Under the pieces are notes generated by a model. It ran no database searches. It saw only the letters and a program-made list of their open reading frames with translations, and was not told where the DNA came from. The translations under genes and the position numbers were made by a program. Shown in pieces: positions 9,999-20,225 of a stretch of 55,345 nucleotides of DNA (the stretch's first letter is position 1; the number at the start of each line of letters is the position of its first letter). The stretch spans positions 1-55,345 of the forward strand of contig JAJYDG010000002.1 of NCBI GenBank assembly GCA_021777675.1, given 5' to 3'. Source of the stretch: a bacterium (GTDB lineage Bacteria > Patescibacteriota > Minisyncoccia > Moranbacterales > UBA2206).

Positions 9999-10562
9999 TT
10001 AGTCTGATTTTTCCGCCCCGCCCGAGTCCTTGTTGATTTGAATATTTTCCAATTTATAACCATCTGTGCTGACAAAAATATCAAAAACCTTAGCATCATT
10101 GTTTGTTTTATAGATACTATTAGGATTCTCGCTAAAATGTCCGAAACCGACACCATTGTCAAAATTAATGGTACTTTTTTCTCCTGACTTCAAAACAAAA
10201 CCAGTTAATTTTTTATAATAACCCTCTTTTTTATTGATAGCTGAATCAAAAATAGTATAATAAACTTCAAAATTGGACAAATCTTTTCCACTAATATTTT
10301 GCAAAGTTATTTCCAAATGATCGTTAGTCGGTTTTTGCGTTGTCGGATCCAAGTTATTTTCTACCAACACTTCTGCGATTTTAAATCCAACTTGAGTCGC
10401 ATTATTTTTAATGGGATTTTCAACAAAAGTTTGTGTTTTTTCCTTATTATCAATAGACGGCATGTTCAATCTCTCGACTTTTCGACCATTTTTCAAAAAA
10501 AAACCGATAACCGCCACAGCAATTACTCCTAAAAAAATGATTATAATTTTTTTGGTTTTCAT
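9999..10562 (-). CDS. Membrane-anchored extracytoplasmic protein of the ABC transporter operon
   Basis: N-terminal TM helix, beta-rich soluble domain, 4 nt from the permease gene. Confidence 0.8.
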   Translation of the reverse strand: MKTKKIIIIFLGVIAVAVIGFFLKNGRKVERLNMPSIDNKEKTQTFVENPIKNNATQVGFKIAEVLVENNLDPTTQKPTNDHLEITLQNISGKDLSNFEVYYTIFDSAINKKEGYYKKLTGFVLKSGEKSTINFDNGVGFGHFSENPNSIYKTNNDAKVFDIFVSTDGYKLENIQINKDSGGAEKSD

Positions 10563-10566
10563 AAAA

Positions 10567-11556
10567 TTATTCTTTATTGATTAATAAATTATTTTTTTCA
10601 AAAATAAGCAATTCTGTAAATAATGGCGCTAAAAAAAATAAAAACACCCACAGCCCATCCCACCATTTGTCATTGAGAATAGCAAAAATAGTTTTCCCGT
10701 TATATTCATCTTTAACCCCTAAAAGTGCAAAACTCAATCTTTCGTAATGCTTGGTAATAGAGCTTTCCTCCGTAGCATTACGCACGAACTCATAATTTTT
10801 AAAATTACCCATGATTTGCTTTTCTTGAGATTTTGCGATATTCATGGCCTTAAAAAATCCGCCAGGAATTTGATTGTCCGGATCCATCGTATCGCCAATT
10901 TGTGGAATAATTAAAACAATCACAAGCCAAACGACAAAGCTGATTAATAGCGCATTGAATAAAAGTTTGAATTTAATCGCTAAAATTGAAGTGAGACCAA
11001 AAAAAAACATTATATACAAATAAGAAAAAATAAACACTAAAATCAATTTCATTATTTCCATTCCAGTTAATTGCGCTCCGCCAAGAAATCCCATAATGCC
11101 GTAAATAAAAAACATTGCAATCCCCAGAACAAGCCAGATAACAAAACTATTGCCCAAAATTTTCCCCAAACCAATCTCCCATCTTTTCACCGGACGACTC
11201 AAGAGAAGCTGCAAAGTGTTTTTGCCTTTTTCCTTGGAAATACTTAGATAGCCTAGGATTATTCCAATTACGGCGCCTAAAATTTCCAAATAATCCACCA
11301 CGCTACGAAGCATTTTTAATGGAAAAAATTGAGGCGCATAAATAGAATCGGCACCCCCCCCCAAGCTTTCCAAAATTTTCACAGATTGGTTATATTCCAC
11401 AACTTTATTTTGAAAATCCATTGAAGCTACCACAATAGAAATAACCACCAGCATTAAAAGAAAAATCAATAAAACTAAAAAAAGTTTGTCGCCGAGAGAA
11501 TCTGTGGCTTCTTTTTTTGCAATTGTAATAATTTTTTGCATATTTTTATTACTCAA
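10567..11556 (-). CDS. ABC-2/NosY-like transporter permease
   Basis: Multiple TMs; GYLSISKEK..TLQLLLSRPV.R....GK motif. Confidence 0.88.
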   Translation of the reverse strand: MSNKNMQKIITIAKKEATDSLGDKLFLVLLIFLLMLVVISIVVASMDFQNKVVEYNQSVKILESLGGGADSIYAPQFFPLKMLRSVVDYLEILGAVIGIILGYLSISKEKGKNTLQLLLSRPVKRWEIGLGKILGNSFVIWLVLGIAMFFIYGIMGFLGGAQLTGMEIMKLILVFIFSYLYIMFFFGLTSILAIKFKLLFNALLISFVVWLVIVLIIPQIGDTMDPDNQIPGGFFKAMNIAKSQEKQIMGNFKNYEFVRNATEESSITKHYERLSFALLGVKDEYNGKTIFAILNDKWWDGLWVFLFFLAPLFTELLIFEKNNLLINKE

Positions 11557-12466
11557 TTTCTACTTCGCAAACATTAAATTTTTTAATAACCAAAAAAGGT
11601 ATGCTCATTGTAAAAAATAAATAAACAATTAATGAAAAAATTGGATACTCCTTTATATCTCCCTGCAAAAATGACTGGCTGATAGTTTTATAATTTTCCG
11701 AAACAGAAAAAGGTTCCAGCAAAAAACGAGTGGAGGTAAAAAAGACGGATTGTGGCATTATCGATTGAATACTTGTGGGGTTAAGCAATGAGTTCGGATC
11801 TAGAGCGGAAGTCAATTGAGGCATCACAAAACTAATAAAAATCCAAATAATCATTGGTGCCAAAAGAGCCAAGGATTCACTTTTGGCAAAAATGGCAAAA
11901 AATAAACCCAGCATTGCAAAAATAATTAAATATAAAAAAGAAACAAGATAAAACATCAACAATTTGAACATTTCCGAAAAAACAAGCATCTGCCCAGAGA
12001 TAATCACAACAGAAAAAAAACTCAATACGAAAGACAATCCGACAATCGCACTTAAAACCAAAAATATTCCGGTAATTTTTCCCAGCAAAAATTCCACGCG
12101 ACTAATTTGGCGAGAAAAAATAATTTTTATTACCCCGGCTTTTCTTTCACGAACAAAAGAGCTATAACCGATAATTATCGCCAAAAGCGAACCAATTAAA
12201 AAAACATAAGTTGGCATATTCTTTAAAATTGATAATGGTGGCGCAGACAAAAAAGGATTGACCGGCATTTTCTTGGTTCCGCTGGAAATCAATTCACGGA
12301 CTGTAGCCACATAAATTTTTGTAACGGTATTTTTAGTTGACCAACCGATAAAAGCGGAAAAGGCCGCCATAAATAAAAAAATTGTTAATAACAAGACAAA
12401 CGTTTTTTGCCTCACCAACGTTTTAAATTCTCCACCGGCAATAGTTTTAACGGTTAATAGCTTCAT
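11549..12466 (-). CDS. ABC-2/NosY-like transporter permease
   Basis: Paralogous to neighbour; GYSSFVRERKAG...FSRQISR....GK. Confidence 0.88.
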   Translation of the reverse strand: MKLLTVKTIAGGEFKTLVRQKTFVLLLTIFLFMAAFSAFIGWSTKNTVTKIYVATVRELISSGTKKMPVNPFLSAPPLSILKNMPTYVFLIGSLLAIIIGYSSFVRERKAGVIKIIFSRQISRVEFLLGKITGIFLVLSAIVGLSFVLSFFSVVIISGQMLVFSEMFKLLMFYLVSFLYLIIFAMLGLFFAIFAKSESLALLAPMIIWIFISFVMPQLTSALDPNSLLNPTSIQSIMPQSVFFTSTRFLLEPFSVSENYKTISQSFLQGDIKEYPIFSLIVYLFFTMSIPFLVIKKFNVCEVEIE

Positions 12467-13201
12467 CTATTTTGTATCAAGATTAAAATAAATTGTTTCC
12501 AAAGAGTTTTCATCTTTAAATCTTTCCATTGTTTGTTTGAGCGTATCTTTATAAATCAATTCTCCGTGACCCAAAACTCCAATTGTTGTACAAGTTTTTG
12601 CCACCTCGGAGAGTAAATGCGTATTCATAAAAATCGTAATATTTTTTTCTTTATTCAATTTTAAAATAATCTCGCGCAAATTTCTCACACCCATTGGATC
12701 AAGGCCGGATGTCGGCTCATCTAAAAATAAAACTTCAGGATCATGAATGATCGCTTGAGCAATTCCGATACGCTGGCGCATACCCTTGGAAAATTGACTG
12801 ATTTTCTTATTTTCAAATTTTTGAAAATCTAAAAAATTCAAAACGGATTTTATTTTTTCTTCAGGCTTTTCAATTCCCGACAATTTGGCAAAAAATTCCA
12901 AATTTTCACCAGCAGTTAAATTTTCATAAAATTTAACATTCTCCGGCAAGTAACCAATTCTTTTTCTTATTTCCAAGCCTTCCTTTTCCACATTAAACCC
13001 GCAAATAAAAGCCCTTCCGCTTGTTGGCGCCAAAAGAGTGGTAAGAATATTAACCGTAGTGGTCTTTCCTGCACCATTATGTCCTAAAAAACCGAAAATC
13101 TCACCCCTTTCCACTTGCAAATTTAAATTATTTAAAGCAATTGTTTCTTTATATTTTTTAGTAAGCGATTGGATATCAATTATTGCGCTGGACTTTGACA
13201 T
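12467..13201 (-). CDS. ABC transporter ATP-binding protein
   Basis: GHNGAGKTT, FSKGMRQR, LFLDEPTSGLDP. Confidence 0.95.
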   Translation of the reverse strand: MSKSSAIIDIQSLTKKYKETIALNNLNLQVERGEIFGFLGHNGAGKTTTVNILTTLLAPTSGRAFICGFNVEKEGLEIRKRIGYLPENVKFYENLTAGENLEFFAKLSGIEKPEEKIKSVLNFLDFQKFENKKISQFSKGMRQRIGIAQAIIHDPEVLFLDEPTSGLDPMGVRNLREIILKLNKEKNITIFMNTHLLSEVAKTCTTIGVLGHGELIYKDTLKQTMERFKDENSLETIYFNLDTK

Positions 13202-13239
13202 ATTTTTATCATTTATGGTTTATTTTTTCAGCATTATTA

Positions 13240-13271
13240 ATAATATAAATTAAACATGAGTCCTTTATGAA
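13240..13271 (-). promoter_or_regulatory. OmpR/PhoB-type direct-repeat box plus -10 element
   Basis: Minus strand TTCAT-AAAGGA-CTCAT-N10-TATTAT, overlapping the kinase stop codon. Confidence 0.6.
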
Positions 13272-14290
13272 TGCGTTTTAGCTAAAAAGAATTTTATTTC
13301 CGTTCCCCTTCCGACCTCGCTAGTTATTTCTATTTTCCCCTTATGCGCATCTGCAATTTCTTTGACAATCGCCAGTCCCAAACCGGAACCGCTTAATTCT
13401 CGCATACGCGATTGATCAATTTTATAAAAACGATCAAAAATATATTTCAATTTTTCTTTTTTAATTCCAATTCCGGTATCAATCACTCTTAAAACTACAT
13501 AGCTTTTTATTTTTTCCAAAAAAACATCCACCCTTCCACCGGACTCATTATAATCAATAGCATTTTTAATTAAATTGGTCGTCAATCGCTTCAATTGATT
13601 TTTTTCTCCATTAACCAAAAACTCTCCTTCTATTTGACTCTCCATGACAACTTCTCTGCCTTTGGCGTAAGCTTTCATTGTTTCAACTTGGTTTTGAACG
13701 ATTTTTCCAAAATCCAATTTGTGAAATTCTTTTTTCTTAAAACCGTCACTTTCTGCCAAAAAAAGTAAATCATTTACCATAGAAGACATAAAATTAATTT
13801 CTTCCAATGAATCATTGGTTAATTTAATATATTCTTCTCGACTGCTGTTTCCCATCAAAATCGCTTCTGCTCCGGTTTTCATCACGGAAAGAGGCGTACG
13901 CAATTCATGTGCGGAATCAGCAACAAATTTTTTTTGTTTAATGTAAACCTTTCTAATCGGCTCCAGTGTTCGACCAGCCAAATAATATCCACCAATAATT
14001 GTTAAAAATATAGTCAAGCCGTCAGCAAAAATAATAATATTTTGCAATTGATTTTTAGTTTTTTCAATCGCTACGCTTTCTGCCGTTGAACTCTCGGCAC
14101 CAAGAGATTCGTCACTAAAATTATCATTGATATTTTTAGCAAACAAATTATAAACCGCCAGACTGAATAAAAAAACCACCACAAACATCCCGCTGGCATA
14201 ATATGCAGTCAATTTAAGTCGAGCTCTCAAAAAATAATTATCCTTGAAATTGATAGCCGACTCCGCGAATTGTTTTGATATATTTTTCAT
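13265..14290 (-). CDS. Sensor histidine kinase
   Basis: Two TMs, SAHELRTPL, NLIKNAIDY, DTGIGI, FDRFY, GSGLGL. Confidence 0.95.
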   Translation of the reverse strand: MKNISKQFAESAINFKDNYFLRARLKLTAYYASGMFVVVFLFSLAVYNLFAKNINDNFSDESLGAESSTAESVAIEKTKNQLQNIIIFADGLTIFLTIIGGYYLAGRTLEPIRKVYIKQKKFVADSAHELRTPLSVMKTGAEAILMGNSSREEYIKLTNDSLEEINFMSSMVNDLLFLAESDGFKKKEFHKLDFGKIVQNQVETMKAYAKGREVVMESQIEGEFLVNGEKNQLKRLTTNLIKNAIDYNESGGRVDVFLEKIKSYVVLRVIDTGIGIKKEKLKYIFDRFYKIDQSRMRELSGSGLGLAIVKEIADAHKGKIEITSEVGRGTEIKFFLAKTHS

Positions 14291-14903
14291 TATTACTGCT
14301 TAATTTTTTACGCAATTGTTTAATATAGACATCCACGATATTACTAAAAGAATCAAAAGCAAAATCCCAACAATGTTCCAATATTTGATCGCGCGTCAAA
14401 ACCTGATTCTTATTTCTGATTAAATATTCCAGCACCGCATATTCTTTTAGGGTAAGCGAGAGCGTTTCTCCTTTTTTGGTTATATTATGTTTGGCATTAT
14501 CAATAACAATATCTTTTGCAATTAATATTTCAGCTTTTTTTTCCTTTGGTCGACGCAAAAGAGCCCTGATTCTTGCCAAAAGCTCGTTAAGTTCGAACGG
14601 TTTCACTAAATAATCATCCGCTCCACTATCCAAACCGTCAATTTTGTCATCCAACTCGCCCTTGGCCGTAAGCATAATAATTGGCAAATTAACATCTCTT
14701 TCTCGCAAATCTCGACAAACTGAAACGCCATCTTTTTTGGGAAGCATTACATCTAAAATAACTGCGTCATATTCGCCGAATTCGGCACGCCTTTCTCCAC
14801 TTTCACCATCATAAACACAATCAACCGAATAGCTTTTTTGTTCCAAGGCTTTTTTAATATAACCGGCCAATCTTTGGTTATCTTCAACAATTAAAATTTT
14901 CAT
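14238..14903 (-). CDS. OmpR-family response regulator
   Basis: ILIVED, ILDVMLP, GADDYLVKPF, winged-helix NIVDVYIKQLRKKL...TIRGVGY. Confidence 0.97.
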   Translation of the reverse strand: MKILIVEDNQRLAGYIKKALEQKSYSVDCVYDGESGERRAEFGEYDAVILDVMLPKKDGVSVCRDLRERDVNLPIIMLTAKGELDDKIDGLDSGADDYLVKPFELNELLARIRALLRRPKEKKAEILIAKDIVIDNAKHNITKKGETLSLTLKEYAVLEYLIRNKNQVLTRDQILEHCWDFAFDSFSNIVDVYIKQLRKKLSSNNEKYIKTIRGVGYQFQG

Positions 14904-14909
14904 ATTTTT

Positions 14910-14941
14910 AATTTAATATCAAATAATGAATAGCTGATGAA
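14910..14941 (-). promoter_or_regulatory. Autoregulatory direct-repeat box plus -10 element (leaderless start)
   Basis: Minus strand TTCAT-CAGCTA-TTCAT-N10-TAAATT-N6-ATG(14903). Confidence 0.7.
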
Positions 14942-15004
14942 GTATCGCTACTTTTGCAATATCAATATGCTTCCACAAATAAACTAATAGCAAAAGGGCT
15001 GATA

Positions 15005-16135
15005 TTAATTAGTCAGATAGGGAAAATCATCCGTCAATTCTCCGGAGTAATAAAATTCATATGCTAAAGAACCAAAAGAATACTCTCCATCACTTATGCC
15101 AATTTTTGATCCGCCCACTTTCGGATTCGGGTTTGGTTTTGACTGGGGAAATCCAACATTAAACAATGTTCCGATAATTTCAGGGCGATATTTGATATCA
15201 TAACCCGCATTTTTCCATTGCGTTAATATTTCTTTAAGATAAACCGCTCCGTAAAGGTAGGAATAATAATGATCTTTATCATCTGTCAGATGCGAAAAAC
15301 GCTCTTGCGCCGGATCGCCAGAATTCAAATCCAGCAAATGTTCTGATTGAATTCCAAGATAATATGGAGAACCAAAATCCTTTAAATGCTTTTCCGTATC
15401 AATCGCTGTCGCTTCTTTTATACCCATTACGCCCAAAGAAATTTTCGTTGAATTACCTAAAATTTTCAAAGGTTCAAAAAATTTTTTAAACAGCTCTCTT
15501 TGTGAATGAAAAAGACGCAACTGCTCGACGATCAAAGTTGCCACAATAATTCTTGGCTCAATTCCAACTAAATTTCCCGCTTTGTTAATAACCTCTTTAT
15601 CCTTCAAAACCCCGCTTTTAATTGCATTCCATTCCGCTTCGTTTGCCCAAGTAAAAATATTTTGACCGTCATTTTGCGAAAAATCCTTTTTTGCAACTTC
15701 TGATGCATAATCTATCCCTGAAGAATTATTTTCACAATTCGAAATTCTATTTTGAAAAGCGATATCATCTTTCAAGCGTAAAACTACAGCTAGAATCATT
15801 TTGGAAGACAATGAATCGCTTTGTGTTTTTTGATAAGTCGCAAGAATTCGCTTAGCATTTAATTTTGAAATTTCTCCTATTGCGCTTATTTTGCAAAAAT
15901 TTTCATTTTTAACTTTTTCAATAAAACCAATATTACTATCCGAAGCCGCTTCAACCCTGGAAATACCCTTAATAATATCGGCATTTTTTTGGAATTTATC
16001 ATTATTAGCATCAATTGCTCCGGGAGTATTGGTGATTCCATATTTTACAGCAAAAAAACCGCAACCCAAAAAAATCAAATAACAAAATACGAAAACAGCT
16101 AAAAATTTTATGATTTTTTTAAATTTATATTTCAT
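15005..16135 (-). CDS. Membrane-anchored protein with lysozyme/lytic-transglycosylase-like C-terminal domain
   Basis: N-terminal TM; IEPRIIVATLIVEQ, SLGVMGIKEATA, YGAVYLK, TLFNVG resemble SLT motifs in order. Confidence 0.55.
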   Translation of the reverse strand: MKYKFKKIIKFLAVFVFCYLIFLGCGFFAVKYGITNTPGAIDANNDKFQKNADIIKGISRVEAASDSNIGFIEKVKNENFCKISAIGEISKLNAKRILATYQKTQSDSLSSKMILAVVLRLKDDIAFQNRISNCENNSSGIDYASEVAKKDFSQNDGQNIFTWANEAEWNAIKSGVLKDKEVINKAGNLVGIEPRIIVATLIVEQLRLFHSQRELFKKFFEPLKILGNSTKISLGVMGIKEATAIDTEKHLKDFGSPYYLGIQSEHLLDLNSGDPAQERFSHLTDDKDHYYSYLYGAVYLKEILTQWKNAGYDIKYRPEIIGTLFNVGFPQSKPNPNPKVGGSKIGISDGEYSFGSLAYEFYYSGELTDDFPYLTN

Positions 16136-16143
16136 TTAAAATT

Positions 16144-16512
16144 TTAAAATCTGGCACTATCGTCAATCACTATCTTCTTTTTTATTGATCGCGCACCTCT
16201 TCTTTTCAGATCCCTGATTTTATCTTTATCCCTTACTATTTGCGCTGATAGTTCATCGCTGGCAATATCAGTAGATGCCTCGATGCTTTCTGAAACATCT
16301 TCGGCGCGATAAAGTTTTCGCAAGGTTTTAGCCATCAATTCAACTCGGTATTCGCCTTTCTTATTTTTATCAATTTCCACCTCAAACTCCAAGATACTCT
16401 TCGACAGTTGATTGATTTTTTGTAATTTTTTTTCGATATATTCTTGCGCTTTTTTATTTTGCTTTGCTCCGGAAAACATAATCCTAATAACTTGTTTTTT
16501 TTCAATAGCCAT
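16144..16512 (-). CDS. hpf: Ribosome hibernation factor (HPF/RaiA family)
   Basis: EYIEKKLQKI...YRVELM...LYRAE....EASTD...DEL..QI pattern of the S30AE domain. Confidence 0.8.
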   Translation of the reverse strand: MAIEKKQVIRIMFSGAKQNKKAQEYIEKKLQKINQLSKSILEFEVEIDKNKKGEYRVELMAKTLRKLYRAEDVSESIEASTDIASDELSAQIVRDKDKIRDLKRRGARSIKKKIVIDDSARF

Positions 16513-16573
16513 ATTTTTTCGATCAAAACGGTCAAAAATATTTTTGCCCGCTTGATTTTCATTAATTTTTTAA

Positions 16574-17476
16574 TCAAAAACCAACATAAACCACTTCTTC
16601 TTTAAGTTGAATATGAAATCTGTGGCGAATTTTTTGTTTAATAATTCCGGAAAGCATAACAACATCTTGTGCCGTTCCCGTTCCCATATTAACAATAAAA
16701 TTGGCATGATCTTCGCTAATCATCACACCGCCAATTCTTTTCCCTCTCAACCCAGCTTCATCAATCAGCCAACCAGCCGGAATTTTTCCATCAGTAACCT
16801 TCACCCCCGAATCTCTTTCGAATCGTAAAATTAATTCCTGATCATTTATAAACGGATTTTGAAAAAAACTGCCCGCACTGAAATTTTGTGGTATTTTTTC
16901 ACGCCTTTTTTTCAAAATATTTCGCATACTATCAGCAATAAATTCTCCATTTTTCCCCTTCTTTAAGTTTGCGACAGCAGATAGAATGATTAGTTTTTCA
17001 TTTTTCTTGAAAACGCTAGAACGATATTCAAATTGGCATTTTTCACAAGAATAATTTTCAATCTTCCCGTGCTCTAGATCCAATACGCGCACAGTTTCAA
17101 TAATACTACTCATACATCCACCATACGCACCCGCATTCCCTCTTATCGCTCCGCCAATTGTTCCAGGAATTCCCACTGCCCATTCCAACCCGGAAAAAAA
17201 ATTTTCTTTACAATAGCTTACCAAACTTGCCAAACTGTTTCCCGCCCAAAATTTATCATTTGCTGTTTTTAATTTTATTACCAATCCGTCAAAGCCGTCA
17301 TCGCTAATCAAAATATTACTGCCTCCCCCTAATATGAAAAATTTCCAATTATTTTTTTTTGCTAAATCCAAGAGACTCAAAAGATCCGCTTCGCTATCTG
17401 TTTCCGCAAAAAATTTTGCCGGACCCCCAATTCTAAATGTAGTATATTTTGCTAATAGAACATTTTCCTGAATCAT
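16574..17476 (-). CDS. murB: UDP-N-acetylenolpyruvoylglucosamine reductase
   Basis: TTFRIGGPA, GGGSNIL, GIPGTIGGAIRGNAGAYG, SAGSFFQNP, HANFIVN. Confidence 0.97.
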   Translation of the reverse strand: MIQENVLLAKYTTFRIGGPAKFFAETDSEADLLSLLDLAKKNNWKFFILGGGSNILISDDGFDGLVIKLKTANDKFWAGNSLASLVSYCKENFFSGLEWAVGIPGTIGGAIRGNAGAYGGCMSSIIETVRVLDLEHGKIENYSCEKCQFEYRSSVFKKNEKLIILSAVANLKKGKNGEFIADSMRNILKKRREKIPQNFSAGSFFQNPFINDQELILRFERDSGVKVTDGKIPAGWLIDEAGLRGKRIGGVMISEDHANFIVNMGTGTAQDVVMLSGIIKQKIRHRFHIQLKEEVVYVGF

Positions 17477-17592
17477 ATTTTTATCACCTCATAACCATTG
17501 ACTATTTATAATTATAGCACAAAAAAGCAAATTATAAAAAAGTGCTTTTTTTCCCATTTAATGCTAAAATTAAACCACTCCATGCGAAAACT

Positions 17593-19179
17593 ATGCTTAA
17601 TAAACTTTTTTCACTAAAAAAAATCCAGGCATTTCTTGAAAATTCATCTTTAAAGATACGCCGGCATTTCGGAATAATTTTAGTCATTATTTTTTTACTT
17701 ACATGGTTAAGTGTTTTGCTTTCTCGAGGAACCGATTTGACAACAGCCGATTTGGGAAGACATATCGCAAATGGGCGCTATTTTTTTGAAAATCATAAGA
17801 TTCCCGAAAAAAATTTATATTCCTACACTAATCCTGATGCATCTTTTGTTAACCATCATTGGGGAAGTGGCATTATTTTCTATTTGATTTGGAAATATTT
17901 CGACTTTTCCGGTTTAAATTCTTTTTACATTTCCATGAGCCTTTTGACATTTTTTTTAATTTTTTCTTTAACTAAAAAATTTTCTGGCTTAGCGATTGCG
18001 ACATTTGTTGCAACCCTTACTATTCCACTCATTGGAGATCGCACTGAAATTCGACCGGAAATTTTCAGTTATTTTTTTTCTGTCGTTTTTTTTCAACTAC
18101 TTTGGAAATATAAATATGAAAACATTTCTTCTCGCTGGTTATTATTCTTGCCTATTATTATGATTATTTGGGTTAATATGCATATTTATTTTATTTTTGG
18201 CATAGGAATTTTCGGTCTTTTTTTTCTTGATGCACTACCGGAAAAAAACAAAAAAAAATCAAAAGCGCTTGGCATTATTCTCTTTTTGACTATTCTGGCG
18301 ACACTTTTTAACCCCCTTGGAATAAAAGGTGCGCTATATCCATTTAATATTTTTCAAAATTACAACTATCGAGTCCTGGAAAATCAATCTATCGGATTTC
18401 TGAGCCATCTTAATTTTATTGCTAATCCGAATTTATTAATCTTTAAAATAACTCTTTCTATTTTACTCTTGAGCCATCTCGCGTTATTAATTTTCAATCG
18501 AAAAAAAATTTCTTGGCCATTATTCGGACTAGCCATAACGATAAGCATTCTTGGCTGGTCAGCACTACGAAATTTTGCTCTTTTTGGCTATTTTTCCATA
18601 CCGGTAATCGCCCATGGAATCACTTACGCGTTTAAAAAAAATTATCTGAAAAAATACCACGTTTTCTTTTTCGTACTTTCCTTTTTCGCTTTTATTTTTT
18701 TCGCTAATCGCGACGCACTATTCTCAAATGAACCAATTGAATATACCCCAAAAGAAGTTAGCGCTTCGGCTAATTTTTTTATAAAAAACCATTTGTCAGG
18801 ACCGATTTTTAATGACTACGACATCGGCAGTTTCCTTATTTTTAAATTATTTCCCAGAGAAAAAGTTTTTGTCGATAACCGTCCAGAAGCATATCCTAAA
18901 GATTTTTTCCAAACTGTTTACATTCCAATACAACAGAGCGATACTGCATGGAATAATGCATTAGTAAAATATAATTTTAATGTGATTTATTTTTCCCTTA
19001 AAGATGCCACTCCTTGGGGGCAAGATTTTTTGCTGAAGCGCATAGACGATCCTGGTTGGTCTCCGGTTTATGCCGACCAATATGCTATAATTTTCCTTAG
19101 AAAAAATGAAAAAAATAAAGATTTAATTTCTAAGTTTGAAATAGCCAGAAATAACTTCAGTTCTAAAAAAATCCGATAA
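17593..19179 (+). CDS. Polytopic membrane protein, probable GT-C glycosyltransferase
   Basis: DLGRHIANG, RPEIFS, WVNMH, FNDYDIGSFL, FVDNRPEAY; many TMs; likely ATG at 17593. Confidence 0.65.
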   Translation: MLNKLFSLKKIQAFLENSSLKIRRHFGIILVIIFLLTWLSVLLSRGTDLTTADLGRHIANGRYFFENHKIPEKNLYSYTNPDASFVNHHWGSGIIFYLIWKYFDFSGLNSFYISMSLLTFFLIFSLTKKFSGLAIATFVATLTIPLIGDRTEIRPEIFSYFFSVVFFQLLWKYKYENISSRWLLFLPIIMIIWVNMHIYFIFGIGIFGLFFLDALPEKNKKKSKALGIILFLTILATLFNPLGIKGALYPFNIFQNYNYRVLENQSIGFLSHLNFIANPNLLIFKITLSILLLSHLALLIFNRKKISWPLFGLAITISILGWSALRNFALFGYFSIPVIAHGITYAFKKNYLKKYHVFFFVLSFFAFIFFANRDALFSNEPIEYTPKEVSASANFFIKNHLSGPIFNDYDIGSFLIFKLFPREKVFVDNRPEAYPKDFFQTVYIPIQQSDTAWNNALVKYNFNVIYFSLKDATPWGQDFLLKRIDDPGWSPVYADQYAIIFLRKNEKNKDLISKFEIARNNFSSKKIR

Positions 19180-19189
19180 ATTCTATTCT

Positions 19190-20224
19190 ATGAATTATAG
19201 TTTATACACAACATCACTAAAAGCTTGGGACGCCATGTTTGAAGCTATCAACCATGCCCAAAAATCCATCTATCTTGAAATGTATATTTTTCTTGATGAC
19301 ACAGCCAGGAGTCATGATTTTATTGGAAAATTAAAAGAAAAATCTCGACAAGGAATCGAGATAATTATTATTGCCGATGCTTTTGGCAGTAGCAATCTCA
19401 AGGGAAAAATTGCCAATGATCTAAAAAAATCTGGGATTGAATTCATATTCTTTAGTAATTGGCTAAGACACATTCATAGAAAAATTTTAATTGTTGATGG
19501 AAAAATTGCCTTTATCGGAGGTGTCAATATCGGAAAACGCTTTCGCCATTGGAAAGATTTACAGTTAAAACTTGAAGGGGCGATCGTAAAAAAAATCATT
19601 CAATCTTTTGCCTATACCTACGAAATGTCCGGCGGAAAAAATAAAAAAATCTTAAAATACAGCGAAAAAAAGTTTAGCAATAAACTGCGTTTTTGGCTTA
19701 TTGAACATTATCCGATCAAAAATATCTATACGCTTAAAAATCATTATATTGAAAAAATAACCAACGCTAAGGAAAAGATCCAGATTATTACCCCCTATTT
19801 TACTCCTCCTCGTTGGCTTATTTCACTTTTAGATGATGCTATTGTGCGTGGCGTCAAGGTGGAAATTTTTATTCCTAAAAAAGTTGATTGGAAAATAATG
19901 AATCTTTTTAATTATCGCTATATGCATAATATGCACGCATTGGGAATAAATTTTTATTTATCCAAAACAATGAATCACTCTAAGCTTTTATTAATTGATA
20001 ACAAGGAAGGATTGATCGGATCGCAAAATATCGATCTGCTTTCTTTTCATCTCAACACCGAAGCAGGAATATTTTTTCGAGAAAAAAGGCTACTAAAAGA
20101 GATGGAGCAAACCATAAAAACATGGAGACGTGATTCAACCAAATTCGAACCAACCAGGCATAAAATGAAAATCAGCGACTATTTTATCATGGCAATTCTA
20201 AAAATATTGCACCCCATACTATAA
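19190..20224 (+). CDS. Phospholipase D / cardiolipin synthase-like protein
   Basis: Two HKD motifs (HRKILIVDG, HSKLLLIDN), TPYF; no N-terminal TMs. Confidence 0.9.
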   Translation: MNYSLYTTSLKAWDAMFEAINHAQKSIYLEMYIFLDDTARSHDFIGKLKEKSRQGIEIIIIADAFGSSNLKGKIANDLKKSGIEFIFFSNWLRHIHRKILIVDGKIAFIGGVNIGKRFRHWKDLQLKLEGAIVKKIIQSFAYTYEMSGGKNKKILKYSEKKFSNKLRFWLIEHYPIKNIYTLKNHYIEKITNAKEKIQIITPYFTPPRWLISLLDDAIVRGVKVEIFIPKKVDWKIMNLFNYRYMHNMHALGINFYLSKTMNHSKLLLIDNKEGLIGSQNIDLLSFHLNTEAGIFFREKRLLKEMEQTIKTWRRDSTKFEPTRHKMKISDYFIMAILKILHPIL

Positions 20225-20225
20225 A

